Assembly (NCBI GenBank): GCA_963704655.1
Contig: OY969927.1
Span: 1-64,000 of the forward strand
Source: an uncultured Candidatus Babeliaceae bacterium
GTDB lineage: Bacteria; Babelota; Babeliae; Babelales; Babelaceae
Direction: 5' to 3'
DNA: 64,000 nucleotides
Position 1 is the stretch's first letter. Each line of letters begins with the position of its first letter. The translations under genes and the position numbers were made by a program. Positions 20,046 through 29,662 of the stretch are shown here, one piece after another. Below the pieces are notes generated by a model. That model was not told the origin of the DNA and did no database searches. It saw only the letters and a program-made list of their open reading frames with translations.

Positions 20046-20976
20046 CTGTGGCAATGTGTTGGCCCATTTTAACCGATGTCTCTTTGCCAGCAGCAGAGTT
20101 GCGTAAAATCTCTGGTGCTACGGTGATGGTGCCAGCTTCAAAGAGTATCACGATAGTAGACCCGCCAAAGGTAAAATAGCCAATTTCGTCGCCCTGGGCA
20201 ACTTGTTTTTCTGGTGTATACGTTTCTTTGATAGCGCCTACAAAAAGTGCGCCGACAGGAATAAGAGCTACCGTAGATACGGTGTCAGAGTTAAACATGA
20301 TTAAATGACGTTCGTTAATTTGTAATGGTTGAATGCCGCTTGCGTATACAAGTGGATGCACTGATTCGTATGTGCCATGAATTACTTTTGGTGCAGATGG
20401 TTTTCCAGAAAGTGGAAAGTGTATTCTATGGTAATCCCACGGTGCAAGCCGCACAATAATAGCCGTGCCGCCTTCAAATTCTTTGGCGAGCACTTTATTT
20501 TTTAAGAATTTTTCAAGGTTAAAGGTGGTACCTTTTATGGGAAAGTTATCTGACTGGCCGATATTTTCAATAACCAAAATTTCGCCATCTGCTGGTGAAA
20601 TAACTGCGTTTTTTTCTTTGCTTATTGGTCGTGCTTCTGGCTTGAGCTTGCGCTTGAAAAAATCATTAAATGTTTTAAAACTTGATAACGGGTCTTGAAT
20701 TTCGTCGGTATTAAGAGAATATTTTTTGATAAAAGCTGGGATATGCAATGTACTTATGCGTGAATTTGCATACATGCCGCTCAAAACACTGGGCCATTTA
20801 GAGCTGGTAAGCATAGCGTGTAAAGGTTTGCTAAACCATTTATTGTAAACAATAGATACGCTTTTTTCTTGATCAGCGGTAAACTGTGTATGAGCTTCTA
20901 GTGTTTGGTTGCTGATAGATAATCCAGCACCCATAACAAACCAAAAGGACGAAAATAGTATTATTTTCTGTTTCAT
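20029..20976 (-). CDS. psd: Phosphatidylserine decarboxylase
   Basis: FNDFFKRKLK, SPADG, RLAPWDYHRIHFP and FGGST cleavage motifs. Confidence 0.93.
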   Translation of the reverse strand: MKQKIILFSSFWFVMGAGLSISNQTLEAHTQFTADQEKSVSIVYNKWFSKPLHAMLTSSKWPSVLSGMYANSRISTLHIPAFIKKYSLNTDEIQDPLSSFKTFNDFFKRKLKPEARPISKEKNAVISPADGEILVIENIGQSDNFPIKGTTFNLEKFLKNKVLAKEFEGGTAIIVRLAPWDYHRIHFPLSGKPSAPKVIHGTYESVHPLVYASGIQPLQINERHLIMFNSDTVSTVALIPVGALFVGAIKETYTPEKQVAQGDEIGYFTFGGSTIVILFEAGTITVAPEILRNSAAGKETSVKMGQHIATVNQSY

Positions 20977-21062
20977 ATTATAACTTTTTATTTTTTTTTA
21001 AGGTGTTTTATACTTTTATTATACTAATTTTTATCTAAAAATGTCAAATTGAACTTTTTAAT

Positions 21063-21797
21063 ATGGGGTTGATTTTTGTAATGATAACATCTGAAAAGCG
21101 GCATTCTGTCTATTTTGGTGAAAGTTTAACGGGGTACAAAAAAAACTCTTTGAATGGCTTAAGTCAAGAGGAAATAAAGCAGCTACCTGGGTTTAAGGAA
21201 TTTTGTGTTCAAAATAGGTGTAATAACCTTATTATTTTGAACCAAGTTCATGGTGTTGCTGGTTATGTTGTTACTCAAGAAATCGATGTGCAATTAAAAC
21301 CGTATAGTGTTGATGGAGATTATATAATAACTACTTTGCCGCATGTGGCCATTGCAGTTGAAACGGCAGACTGTGTGCCATTAGTATTAGTTGATACGGT
21401 TAAGCGCTGTTGCGCGATTGTGCATGCTGGCTGGCGAGGTACTGTTGGCGGGGTGGTAACTGCCGCGGTGCAGGATATGCTTAATCTTGGTGGTTCTATA
21501 AAAAATATACATGCTTATTTTGGCCCATCGGCACGGGCATGTTGTTATGAAGTTACAGAAGATTTTTTTCTTAATTTTAAAGACAAAAAGAGCTTTTCTA
21601 TGAAAAAAAATGGAAAGATCTTTTTTGATAACACGGCTTATTTGGTTGAGCAATTACGCTCTTTGGGAATACCATCAGAAAATATAAGTCTTGAAAATGC
21701 CACTTGCACGATATGCTCGCAAATGTATTGTTCGTTTCGAAGACAGGGGGCATTAAATTTGCGGCAAATGAGCATTATAACGCTTCTTGAAAAATAA
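21063..21797 (+). CDS. pgeF: PgeF/YfiH laccase-like purine nucleoside phosphorylase
   Basis: QVHG, TADCVP, HAGWRG, GPSA..CCYEV and CT.C...SFRR motifs. Confidence 0.9.
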   Translation: MGLIFVMITSEKRHSVYFGESLTGYKKNSLNGLSQEEIKQLPGFKEFCVQNRCNNLIILNQVHGVAGYVVTQEIDVQLKPYSVDGDYIITTLPHVAIAVETADCVPLVLVDTVKRCCAIVHAGWRGTVGGVVTAAVQDMLNLGGSIKNIHAYFGPSARACCYEVTEDFFLNFKDKKSFSMKKNGKIFFDNTAYLVEQLRSLGIPSENISLENATCTICSQMYCSFRRQGALNLRQMSIITLLEK

Positions 21798-21849
21798 AAA
21801 TGTATACTATATCTTAGTTAAAAGTTTATATTTTTAAGAAAGGAAAATT

Positions 21850-22149
21850 ATGGTTAAAAAAATAGTATCACTTTTTGTTGTAGCGAGTATTGTCTCTTTG
21901 CATGCCGCTGAGCTTACACCTGACGAAGCCTTAAAGCGTGAAGAATGGCTTACGAGAACTTTTTCAAATATGAGAAGAGTAACAGACGATTTATATGTTA
22001 CTAAGGGAGAAAAAGGGGAAGATGTGTATTATCAGGAAGTGCCGGTCCCCCAACATAAAGGCCAGGTATATCACCAAAGATTTGAACGTGTTGTTAATCT
22101 TACACCTGAGCAAAAAGCGGATATCGAAGCGGCTTTAAAACAATCTTAA
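21850..22149 (+). CDS. Secreted hypothetical protein (MVKKIV leader family)
   Basis: Signal peptide; AAGGA RBS. Confidence 0.8.
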   Translation: MVKKIVSLFVVASIVSLHAAELTPDEALKREEWLTRTFSNMRRVTDDLYVTKGEKGEDVYYQEVPVPQHKGQVYHQRFERVVNLTPEQKADIEAALKQS

Positions 22150-22185
22150 TCGTAGATTTTTGTTAGTTTTAAATCAGGATACATA

Positions 22186-22743
22186 ATGGTTAAAAAAATA
22201 GTAGCACTTTTAGTTGTAGCGAGCATGTTTTCTTTGCAAACTAATATTAATGCTGGATCGGTTCAAAGTTCTGCCAAAAATGATTCCAGAAAGACTCAGA
22301 TTGGCAATGACTTGGCTGTCGACCCTGAGGGTAAATTGTATAAAATAGATTATGGTGAACTTGAACCTTCTGCCGATGGTATCGTGAACCAGGTGCTTAT
22401 CATAAAACATACGTCTATTAGTGAACCTACTGCTGACCAAAGAGCTCAAGCTGATAACTTTTTTGCTCAGCAAGCTGCAGCTCACCCTGATGCATACAAA
22501 AGAACGAGGGGGCCTCTGCAAGAGACACTCGAATTAGATCTTCTCGAACCTCGTGAATCTGGAAAAATTCAGCCATTTATAGAAACGATAATTGTGCCAA
22601 CAAAACCTTCTTCCGAGCAAAAAACGACCATTAAAAAGCTTGATTTTTCTCCAGGTTCTCCAAATAAGTCAATGCCTGAATATAGTGAATTGTTTGGTTG
22701 GTTAGTGTGTTGTTTTGCTCGCGAGAATAAAGATGTTCAATAA
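22186..22743 (+). CDS. Secreted hypothetical protein (MVKKIV leader family)
   Basis: Signal peptide nearly identical at DNA level to neighbours. Confidence 0.8.
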   Translation: MVKKIVALLVVASMFSLQTNINAGSVQSSAKNDSRKTQIGNDLAVDPEGKLYKIDYGELEPSADGIVNQVLIIKHTSISEPTADQRAQADNFFAQQAAAHPDAYKRTRGPLQETLELDLLEPRESGKIQPFIETIIVPTKPSSEQKTTIKKLDFSPGSPNKSMPEYSELFGWLVCCFARENKDVQ

Positions 22744-22778
22744 TTAGAATGTTTTGGTTTTTTAAAAAAGGGGTAAAG

Positions 22779-23189
22779 ATGGTTAAGGAAATAGTAGCAC
22801 TTTTAGTTATAGCGAGCATTGTTTCTTTGCAGGCTCTAGATGAAAAAATTACAGTCTATTCTGGTTCAAACCGAGTTATTACCCAGGAGCCATCGTGCCT
22901 AGATGAACGTATTGTGCAATTTACGCATACTGAATCTGTAAATAGATGTTGTAGGGGTTTAGATAGAATTTGTGTTTTAGATACAGGATTTGAGTGTTAC
23001 CATGCATCCTGTGCAGGGTGTGGAATAGTTCCAACTATTGCTGGAGCAGCAGGGCTTGGGGTTTCGGCGGCAAAATCGATCCCTTGGGCCATAGGAGTAT
23101 CTGCTCCTATTGCATGTTGTGGTTTATCTACATTGGTGACGCTCTATCTTTATCGTACGTGGTGGGAATCAGAAAAAGACAAAAATTGA
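22779..23189 (+). CDS. Secreted Cys-rich hairpin membrane protein (MVKEIV leader family)
   Basis: Start moved to ATG 22779 after AAGGGG; two hydrophobic segments. Confidence 0.78.
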   Translation: MVKEIVALLVIASIVSLQALDEKITVYSGSNRVITQEPSCLDERIVQFTHTESVNRCCRGLDRICVLDTGFECYHASCAGCGIVPTIAGAAGLGVSAAKSIPWAIGVSAPIACCGLSTLVTLYLYRTWWESEKDKN

Positions 23190-23297
23190 GCCGCATTGCT
23201 TGTGAATAATTTTAATGGTCGTGAACTGACAATCGTTGCGCTCAAATCAATTACCCTTTACACTTAAAAGATATAAAAAGAGTATTGGATTAAATTA

Positions 23298-23418
23298 AGC
23301 CCGCTCAAATGGATTTCTAGCCGACCGCATGGATTCGACGTTGCTCACCACGAGCGGCGGCGGGCAGGCGACTCGACGGAGTTTATCCTGAACAAAGTTG
23401 AAGGACCGCCACGAGCGG
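23298..23418. repeat. Tandem palindromic elements upstream of secA
   Basis: CATGGATTCGACG..GCTCACCACGAGCGG and TCGACGGAGTTTATCCTGAAC..TTGAAGG..CCACGAGCGG. Confidence 0.75.
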
Positions 23419-23448
23419 TGGCAAAATAAGTTAATAGTAAGGCTACCT

Positions 23449-25989
23449 ATGATTTTAGATATTATTGGAAAACTGTTTGGTACTAACAATAGCCGTGTCC
23501 TTAAAAAGATGCAGTCTCTTGTGATTCGTATTAATTATCTTGAGGCTGAGATTCAGGCATTAACTGACGAGCAGCTTTCTGCCAAAACTAATGAATTTAG
23601 GCAGCAGATTTTGAATGGAAAAACGCTTGATGATATCTTGCCAGAAGCTTTTGCTGTGGTTCGTGAAACTTCACGCCGCTTTCTTGGCCAACGCCATTAT
23701 GACGTTCAGCTTCTTGGTGGTATCGCTTTACATCAAGGCAAAATTGCTGAGATGAAAACCGGTGAGGGTAAAACTCTTACTGCAACATTGGCATTATATT
23801 TAAATGCTCTTGAAGGTAAAGGTGCGCACTTAGTAACCGTTAACGATTATTTAGCTCGACGCGATGCGCAGTGGATGGCTCCTGTTTTTACGCATCTTGG
23901 GCTTACCGTTGGTGTTTTACAACATGATTTGAGTGATTCTGAGCGTAAAAATGTTTATGAAAGTGATATCGTATACGCCACGAATAACGAACTTGGTTTT
24001 GATTATTTACGCGATAACATGAAATTTCGTTTAGAAGATTATGTTCAACGCGATCTTCATTATGCCATTGTTGATGAAGTCGATTCTATTTTGATCGATG
24101 AAGCACGTACGCCATTAATTATTTCTGGTTCATCTGATGATGCTACCCAGATGTATGCGCGCGTCAATGCAATTATTCCGTTGCTGGTTGCAAAAATAGA
24201 CTATGAAGTCGATGAAAAAAATAGAACCGTTCAGTTAACCGAAAGTGGTAACGATAAAGTTGAGGCAGCGTTACATGTTGAAAATATGTACGACCTTGCA
24301 AACATTAAAGTCTTGCACCATATCGGTCAAGCGCTGCGTGCGCATACGCTCTTTAAACGGGACGTTGATTATGTTGTGCGTGATAACCAAGTTTTAATTG
24401 TTGACGAGTTTACCGGACGAATACTTTCTGGTCGTCGTTACAGTGACGGGTTACACCAAGCAATTGAAGCAAAAGAGGGTGTGCCAGTTCAGCGTGAAAG
24501 CCAAACGGTTGCATCGATTACGTTGCAAAATTATTTTAGATTATACAAAAAACTTTCTGGTATGACCGGTACAGCAAATACCGAGGCTGAAGAGTTTCAT
24601 AAAATTTACAATCTTGCAGTGGTAAGTATTCCTACGCATAGAATGATGATTCGTGATGATAAACCGGATTTACTCTTTTTATCACGCGACGCAAAAGAAC
24701 GTGCAATTGCTAGTGATATTGTTGAACGACATGCAAAAGGGCAGCCGGTTTTAATTGGTACTGTCTCTGTTGAAAGTTCAGAACGCTTAAGCATGGTCTT
24801 ACGTTCACGTACTATTCCGCACGAAGTTCTTAATGCAAAAAACCATGCACGCGAGGCAGAAATTGTTGCGCATGCTGGTGAAAAAGGCAAAATAACGATC
24901 GCTACTAATATGGCCGGTCGTGGAACTGACATTAAATTAACACAAGAGTCACTTGATGCTGGTGGTCTTTATATTTTGGGCACCGAACGTCACGAAAGTC
25001 GCCGTATTGATAACCAGTTACGTGGTCGTTCTGGTAGACAGGGTGACCCGGGTGAATCACGTTTTTACTTAAGTCCAGATGACAATTTAATTAGAATCTT
25101 TGGTGGCGAAACCTTTAAAAAACGTTTGCAATTTGCCGGTATGACAGAAGACGAATCTATCGAATCTAAGTTCTTTACTAAAAATATTGAACGGATGCAG
25201 GAACGTGTTGAACGTGACAACTTTGAGATTCGTAAAAATCTTTTAGAATATGATGACGTTCTTAATCAGCAACGAACCGTTATTTATGCATATCGTCGCA
25301 TGGTTCTTGAAGGCCAAGCGCAGATTTTTGAACTCGTGCGTGACTTAATGGTCGACGCGGTCCAAGACATGATGCGTTTTTATGCACAACGTAGAGTCTT
25401 AACCCAAGAAGGTTTTGAGTCATTATTACAAGCACTTGCCTTGATGATGAATATCAAAATTGAACAGTTGCATGAAAAGAATTTTTCTTTTTCTAATACA
25501 GAAAAGTTAACGCAAGATCTTACCGATTATCTTTTATTGGAATACGATTTGTATATTGAAGGTCGTGACCGCAGCATGTTACAAGAGGCTCAAAAATGGC
25601 TCATGTTGAATGCGATTGACCAGGCATGGAAACAGCATATGCTTAATTTAGATCATCTCAAGGAAGGCATTGGCTTGCGTGGAATGGGTCAGAAGAATCC
25701 ATTGATCGAATATAAAAAAGAGGCATATAATCTTTTTGAAGAGATGATGCGTTCTATTCGTTTTGAGATCATTCACCATATTTACCATCTTAATATGAAC
25801 AGATTTGATCGTCAGGAATTCGAGCGTGAACGTGAACGTGAGCTTGAAGATGTGCAGATGTCAGGTGGTTCAGAGTCTGACATTACTAAAACGCCTACAC
25901 AGGTTATTCGTTCAGAAGCGGTTGTTGGCAGAAATGACGATTGTCCTTGTGGCTCTGGCAAGAAATTCAAAAAGTGCCACGGCAAGTAA
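23449..25989 (+). CDS. secA: Preprotein translocase subunit SecA
   Basis: MKTGEGKT, DEVDSILIDEARTPLII, RGRSGRQGDPG and C-terminal CPCGSGKKFKKCH; start moved to ATG 23449. Confidence 0.98.
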   Translation: MILDIIGKLFGTNNSRVLKKMQSLVIRINYLEAEIQALTDEQLSAKTNEFRQQILNGKTLDDILPEAFAVVRETSRRFLGQRHYDVQLLGGIALHQGKIAEMKTGEGKTLTATLALYLNALEGKGAHLVTVNDYLARRDAQWMAPVFTHLGLTVGVLQHDLSDSERKNVYESDIVYATNNELGFDYLRDNMKFRLEDYVQRDLHYAIVDEVDSILIDEARTPLIISGSSDDATQMYARVNAIIPLLVAKIDYEVDEKNRTVQLTESGNDKVEAALHVENMYDLANIKVLHHIGQALRAHTLFKRDVDYVVRDNQVLIVDEFTGRILSGRRYSDGLHQAIEAKEGVPVQRESQTVASITLQNYFRLYKKLSGMTGTANTEAEEFHKIYNLAVVSIPTHRMMIRDDKPDLLFLSRDAKERAIASDIVERHAKGQPVLIGTVSVESSERLSMVLRSRTIPHEVLNAKNHAREAEIVAHAGEKGKITIATNMAGRGTDIKLTQESLDAGGLYILGTERHESRRIDNQLRGRSGRQGDPGESRFYLSPDDNLIRIFGGETFKKRLQFAGMTEDESIESKFFTKNIERMQERVERDNFEIRKNLLEYDDVLNQQRTVIYAYRRMVLEGQAQIFELVRDLMVDAVQDMMRFYAQRRVLTQEGFESLLQALALMMNIKIEQLHEKNFSFSNTEKLTQDLTDYLLLEYDLYIEGRDRSMLQEAQKWLMLNAIDQAWKQHMLNLDHLKEGIGLRGMGQKNPLIEYKKEAYNLFEEMMRSIRFEIIHHIYHLNMNRFDRQEFERERERELEDVQMSGGSESDITKTPTQVIRSEAVVGRNDDCPCGSGKKFKKCHGK

Positions 25990-26024
25990 TTTCACTTTTA
26001 ACAGATATTTATAATTTTAAGAAG

Positions 26025-26060
26025 GCCCCAGTTATTAAAAAAATTAACTGGGGCTTTTTA
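26025..26060. terminator. Terminator between convergent genes
   Basis: GCCCCAGTTA...TAACTGGGGC followed by T-run. Confidence 0.8.
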
Positions 26061-26061
26061 T

Positions 26062-27048
26062 TTACTGAATGCTTGATGTAATTGTAGCAACTAATTGTTC
26101 TTTTTGTGTTTTATCTTGTCCTGCAGATTTTTTAATATCCAGATTAAGATCTTCGAGTAATGCATCTGCTTTAGATTTTTTAAGTTTAGGAGGCATTAAT
26201 TTTATTGCATCAAATCTTTTTTCAAATTCGATTAAGCTTGCGCTTTTAGATGCAGTAGTTTGTGTTCTAGTTTTTAATTTAGCGGCTGTTATATCTGCAG
26301 GATTTATTCCAGCAGGTTGTGGTTTTGCCGGTTCTTTTTTTGGTGCTGGTTTTGCTACAGTAGCCGCGCCTTCTTGTAATATCTCTTTGGGAGTTTTAAG
26401 TTTGCCAATCCCTGTTTGCAGTGCTGGTGGAGGTGGCGGAGGCGGTGGCACAGCACCCGAAGTTGGCATTGGCGGAGGAGGTGGCGGCGGCGGAGTGCCT
26501 GTTGGTGTTGTGGTCTCAGGTTCCGTAATAGTCTTTTTAGGCGCCTTGATATCTTTGAGTAACTGCTGAGTTTCTTTTATTGCATTATCTAGTTGTTGTA
26601 TAATCTGCGCTTTGTTATCAAAGTCGAAATCTCTGATATCGTTAAATTCATTGTAGGTTTTTAAAAGCTTTGTAACATCTTTTTCAATTTGAGAAATGTC
26701 CCCTATGTCCGCATTAACAATCTCTTCCCCAAAATCCGCAATTGCTTTTTCGTGTACTGCAAGCATTTCATTCAGAAAATCAATACGTCTTTTTTTGAGG
26801 CCTATTTCTGCTGCCGTGGCCGGTTTAGTAACGGTTGTTTTTTTTGGCTCTGTCTTTTTCTTTGGTGGTGTGGCTGCAGAAGAAGGGGCTGGCGGCGCAG
26901 CGGGTGCAAGTGGCGCCATTGGTGGAGGCGGTGGCGGTGGAGCGCCAATTGTCCCAGGTTCGTGAGTTGTCGAGCCTTTTTTTACCTCAGCAAGCGTATT
27001 TTTTGAAAATACACTTAATGCGGTAAAGAGTAAAAGTAGATTAGCCAT
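26062..27048 (-). CDS. Secreted polyproline protein with WH2-like motifs
   Basis: Signal-like N-terminus, three P7-P8 tracts, LKK/LKT motifs. Confidence 0.7.
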   Translation of the reverse strand: MANLLLLFTALSVFSKNTLAEVKKGSTTHEPGTIGAPPPPPPPMAPLAPAAPPAPSSAATPPKKKTEPKKTTVTKPATAAEIGLKKRRIDFLNEMLAVHEKAIADFGEEIVNADIGDISQIEKDVTKLLKTYNEFNDIRDFDFDNKAQIIQQLDNAIKETQQLLKDIKAPKKTITEPETTTPTGTPPPPPPPPMPTSGAVPPPPPPPPALQTGIGKLKTPKEILQEGAATVAKPAPKKEPAKPQPAGINPADITAAKLKTRTQTTASKSASLIEFEKRFDAIKLMPPKLKKSKADALLEDLNLDIKKSAGQDKTQKEQLVATITSSIQ

Positions 27049-27196
27049 GTATAGTACCTTTTTTTGAGTCCATAGCTGTAGTCTAAAAAAAACGCTCTTT
27101 TAAAGTCAATTCTTATAAAAAGATAAAAATTATTGACTAATATGAAAATAATTTTATAACCTGAAATAGGAAAAAGATACATATAGAGGCAATAGT

Positions 27197-28297
27197 ATGA
27201 AAAAATTTTTTTTAGGACCACTACTTATTTTTTATGTGTCTTTAATAGCTATGCAAAATGACACGGGCCAAAACAATACTCATAATAACTCTAACGTTGA
27301 TGAGCTCTTGGCGGGTTTTGATTGGAACAGTATTGAGCTTTTTACTCAAGCTACTTTCCAAGAGATCAAAGAGCGTGGATCATTTAAGTTGGCTGTTATA
27401 GAGACTAACGATAAAATGTTACAATCTATAAAGACATTTTATTCTGCTCAAGAGTTTGCAAAGCACATACTTACAACAAGTGATCCATCTAGTAACCCTG
27501 AAAATAGGCAGTATATTATAGGATTGACTCGTATAGATTATCTAAAAAACGAAGGCACATTTTGTAATCCAAAATATTATGACCCATCAGAACCATTTCT
27601 GTTTATGTACGAAACATTATCTTTTAATGATTTAACTAATCGGATGTTTCTTCATTATGCACGGGCCTGTAGTGAAATAGCAGATTGGCATAATAAAGAG
27701 TCTATTAAAGCACAGTTTAGGCAAGCAGCGTATACCGCCTTGCAACAGGTATCAGAAAGCAAGGAAATAAATGCGCTCGAAGAGCAAGATTTATGTGCAT
27801 TTCTGGCAGAATTGCACGCACAAGACGTACCATCTTCATTTAAAGATTTTAGCGCAGTTGAAAAATATTCTAAACGAATTTTAGATTTAAAATCTGCAGT
27901 AAGTGATTATTTAAAGAGCAACAAAGCGGCTGATACAACACATGTTTTCGATGTCGATGAACCAACAACTTTTGCCCATATAATGCTGGGCAAGATATAT
28001 TCTGTTGGTGGCGATGGTGTAGCACAAGATCGTCCAAAAGCATATGCACAGATACAAGAAGTTATTAAAAACCCCTATAGTTCAAATTATCTTCATAATG
28101 AGGCAATCTTAGCTCAAGCTTGTTTGTTGTGCGGCGATATATCGGGCTTGCCGGTTCCTGTTTGGATGCGTTTAAAAAAAATTCGTGAACGAAGTATACG
28201 GCGTGATTTGCGTACTATTTCACAAAATAACCCAAGTGCGCAACAAGAGTCAGAAGCCCGGCGCATACTTGATGAAATGTTTAGCAGTAACCATTAA
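27197..28297 (+). CDS. Secreted protein, U-box-like N-domain plus SEL1-like helical repeats
   Basis: Signal peptide LIA-MQ; LGKIYSVGGDGVAQDRPKA (SEL1-like); N-domain aligns by eye with 49605..50840. Confidence 0.65.
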   Translation: MKKFFLGPLLIFYVSLIAMQNDTGQNNTHNNSNVDELLAGFDWNSIELFTQATFQEIKERGSFKLAVIETNDKMLQSIKTFYSAQEFAKHILTTSDPSSNPENRQYIIGLTRIDYLKNEGTFCNPKYYDPSEPFLFMYETLSFNDLTNRMFLHYARACSEIADWHNKESIKAQFRQAAYTALQQVSESKEINALEEQDLCAFLAELHAQDVPSSFKDFSAVEKYSKRILDLKSAVSDYLKSNKAADTTHVFDVDEPTTFAHIMLGKIYSVGGDGVAQDRPKAYAQIQEVIKNPYSSNYLHNEAILAQACLLCGDISGLPVPVWMRLKKIRERSIRRDLRTISQNNPSAQQESEARRILDEMFSSNH

Positions 28298-28300
28298 ATT

Positions 28301-29590
28301 TTATTCAAAGTACTCATGGAAACATACCGGTAAATCTTGATAATTAACTGTTGCAGTGATATCAGAAAAATCTAATCCGCAATACGTATCCCAATACAGA
28401 ACAACTTTATCAGTAAGCATTCCCGCATGTGCATCAGCAATAAGTGCCGCAGCAGCTTTTGCCGTATAGGTTGGGTCAAGGTTTATGCCAGCGTGTTTTT
28501 TGAATAATGCCTGTGCTTGTTGGCCCTCTGCTGTTGGCATGCCATAATTATTGCCGGAAAATTCAAAGCGAATGGTTACACGGTCCTGAGGAAAGGCACG
28601 CAGCGGTACTGAGGTATCTTTTTCATGTAAAAATTGGTTTGTTTGGGTATAAAGATCCTCAAGCTCTTTCAGATACGCAGCATTGCTTTCATGCGGTTCA
28701 GTAGCAACGGCAATAATATGCGTTTTGATGTGAGCAAGCTCAAAGCCAAGGGCTAAGCCCGCAACCGTGCCACAACTTCCTGTTGCTACATAGATATAAT
28801 CGGGCAAGGTAATCTGTTTATGAAGAATTTGTTGTTTGAGTTCACATGCAGCATTTACAAAGCCGAGTACACCGATCGGGCATGAGCCGCCTGTGGGAAT
28901 AATATAGGGATATGTGCCCTTGCTTTGATACTTTTGCATCCACTGGGCAAAGGCGCCAATTTTGCGCGTATCATTATCAGGAAAGTATAAAAGATCAGCA
29001 TGTGCATTTTTTGCGAGTAATAAATTTTGTTGCACAACATGCGAATTAATTTGCGGTTTTAAAAGATTAGCGCACTGCATACCAAGCTGATTGGCGTATA
29101 CTGCCGTTGCAAGTGCATGGTTTGAGCCAGCGCAACCAAAGGTAATAACTTCTTGCGCGCCGCATGCTCGTGCATCTGGTAATAAAAATTCTAGCTTTCT
29201 TACTTTGTTGCCGCCGTATAATTTTTGACCATCGGTTAACGTGCCAGTTAAATCATCACGTTTAATATATAATGCGCCGCACGGGTTATGAAGTTGTGAA
29301 TTCAGTTCTGTAAGTTCCTGCACAGGGGTGGGCAGATCTGCAAAAGATATATACGATACCTTGTTTGCAAGCTCAGGAAAGTGTTGAAAAAGGGGTAAAT
29401 TTTCTGCACCAAGAGAAATAATTGAGTAGCCAGATCGCGATGTGACGCCCAGATGATTTAATTCCTGCACAAATGGTATGTGTTCATTAAGGGTAATACC
29501 AAGAGCGTCGATAATTTTTTTTGGTAGGGGCGCTAATGCGTGAGCATTCGTTAAGAAAACTATGGCACTTAACCCGATAAACTTTTTCAT
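28301..29590 (-). CDS. PLP-dependent D-cysteine desulfhydrase/ACC deaminase family enzyme with signal peptide
   Basis: PTPV, IKRDDL, GGNKVRKLEF, GSNHA, GS.GT.AGL and LDPTYTAK motifs. Confidence 0.88.
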   Translation of the reverse strand: MKKFIGLSAIVFLTNAHALAPLPKKIIDALGITLNEHIPFVQELNHLGVTSRSGYSIISLGAENLPLFQHFPELANKVSYISFADLPTPVQELTELNSQLHNPCGALYIKRDDLTGTLTDGQKLYGGNKVRKLEFLLPDARACGAQEVITFGCAGSNHALATAVYANQLGMQCANLLKPQINSHVVQQNLLLAKNAHADLLYFPDNDTRKIGAFAQWMQKYQSKGTYPYIIPTGGSCPIGVLGFVNAACELKQQILHKQITLPDYIYVATGSCGTVAGLALGFELAHIKTHIIAVATEPHESNAAYLKELEDLYTQTNQFLHEKDTSVPLRAFPQDRVTIRFEFSGNNYGMPTAEGQQAQALFKKHAGINLDPTYTAKAAAALIADAHAGMLTDKVVLYWDTYCGLDFSDITATVNYQDLPVCFHEYFE

Positions 29591-29662
29591 GTATGCCCTT
29601 TATGGTATTAAAGTATTTTACAAGAAGATACTACATAATGATGTGTATAGAAAGTTATATTT

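Noticed and set aside
23398-23448. N-terminal extension of SecA
   Set aside because: The TTG start lies inside a repeat; ATG 23449 gives a typical SecA N-terminus
26069-27026. Gly-rich plus-strand ORFs
   Set aside because: Antisense to the polyproline gene
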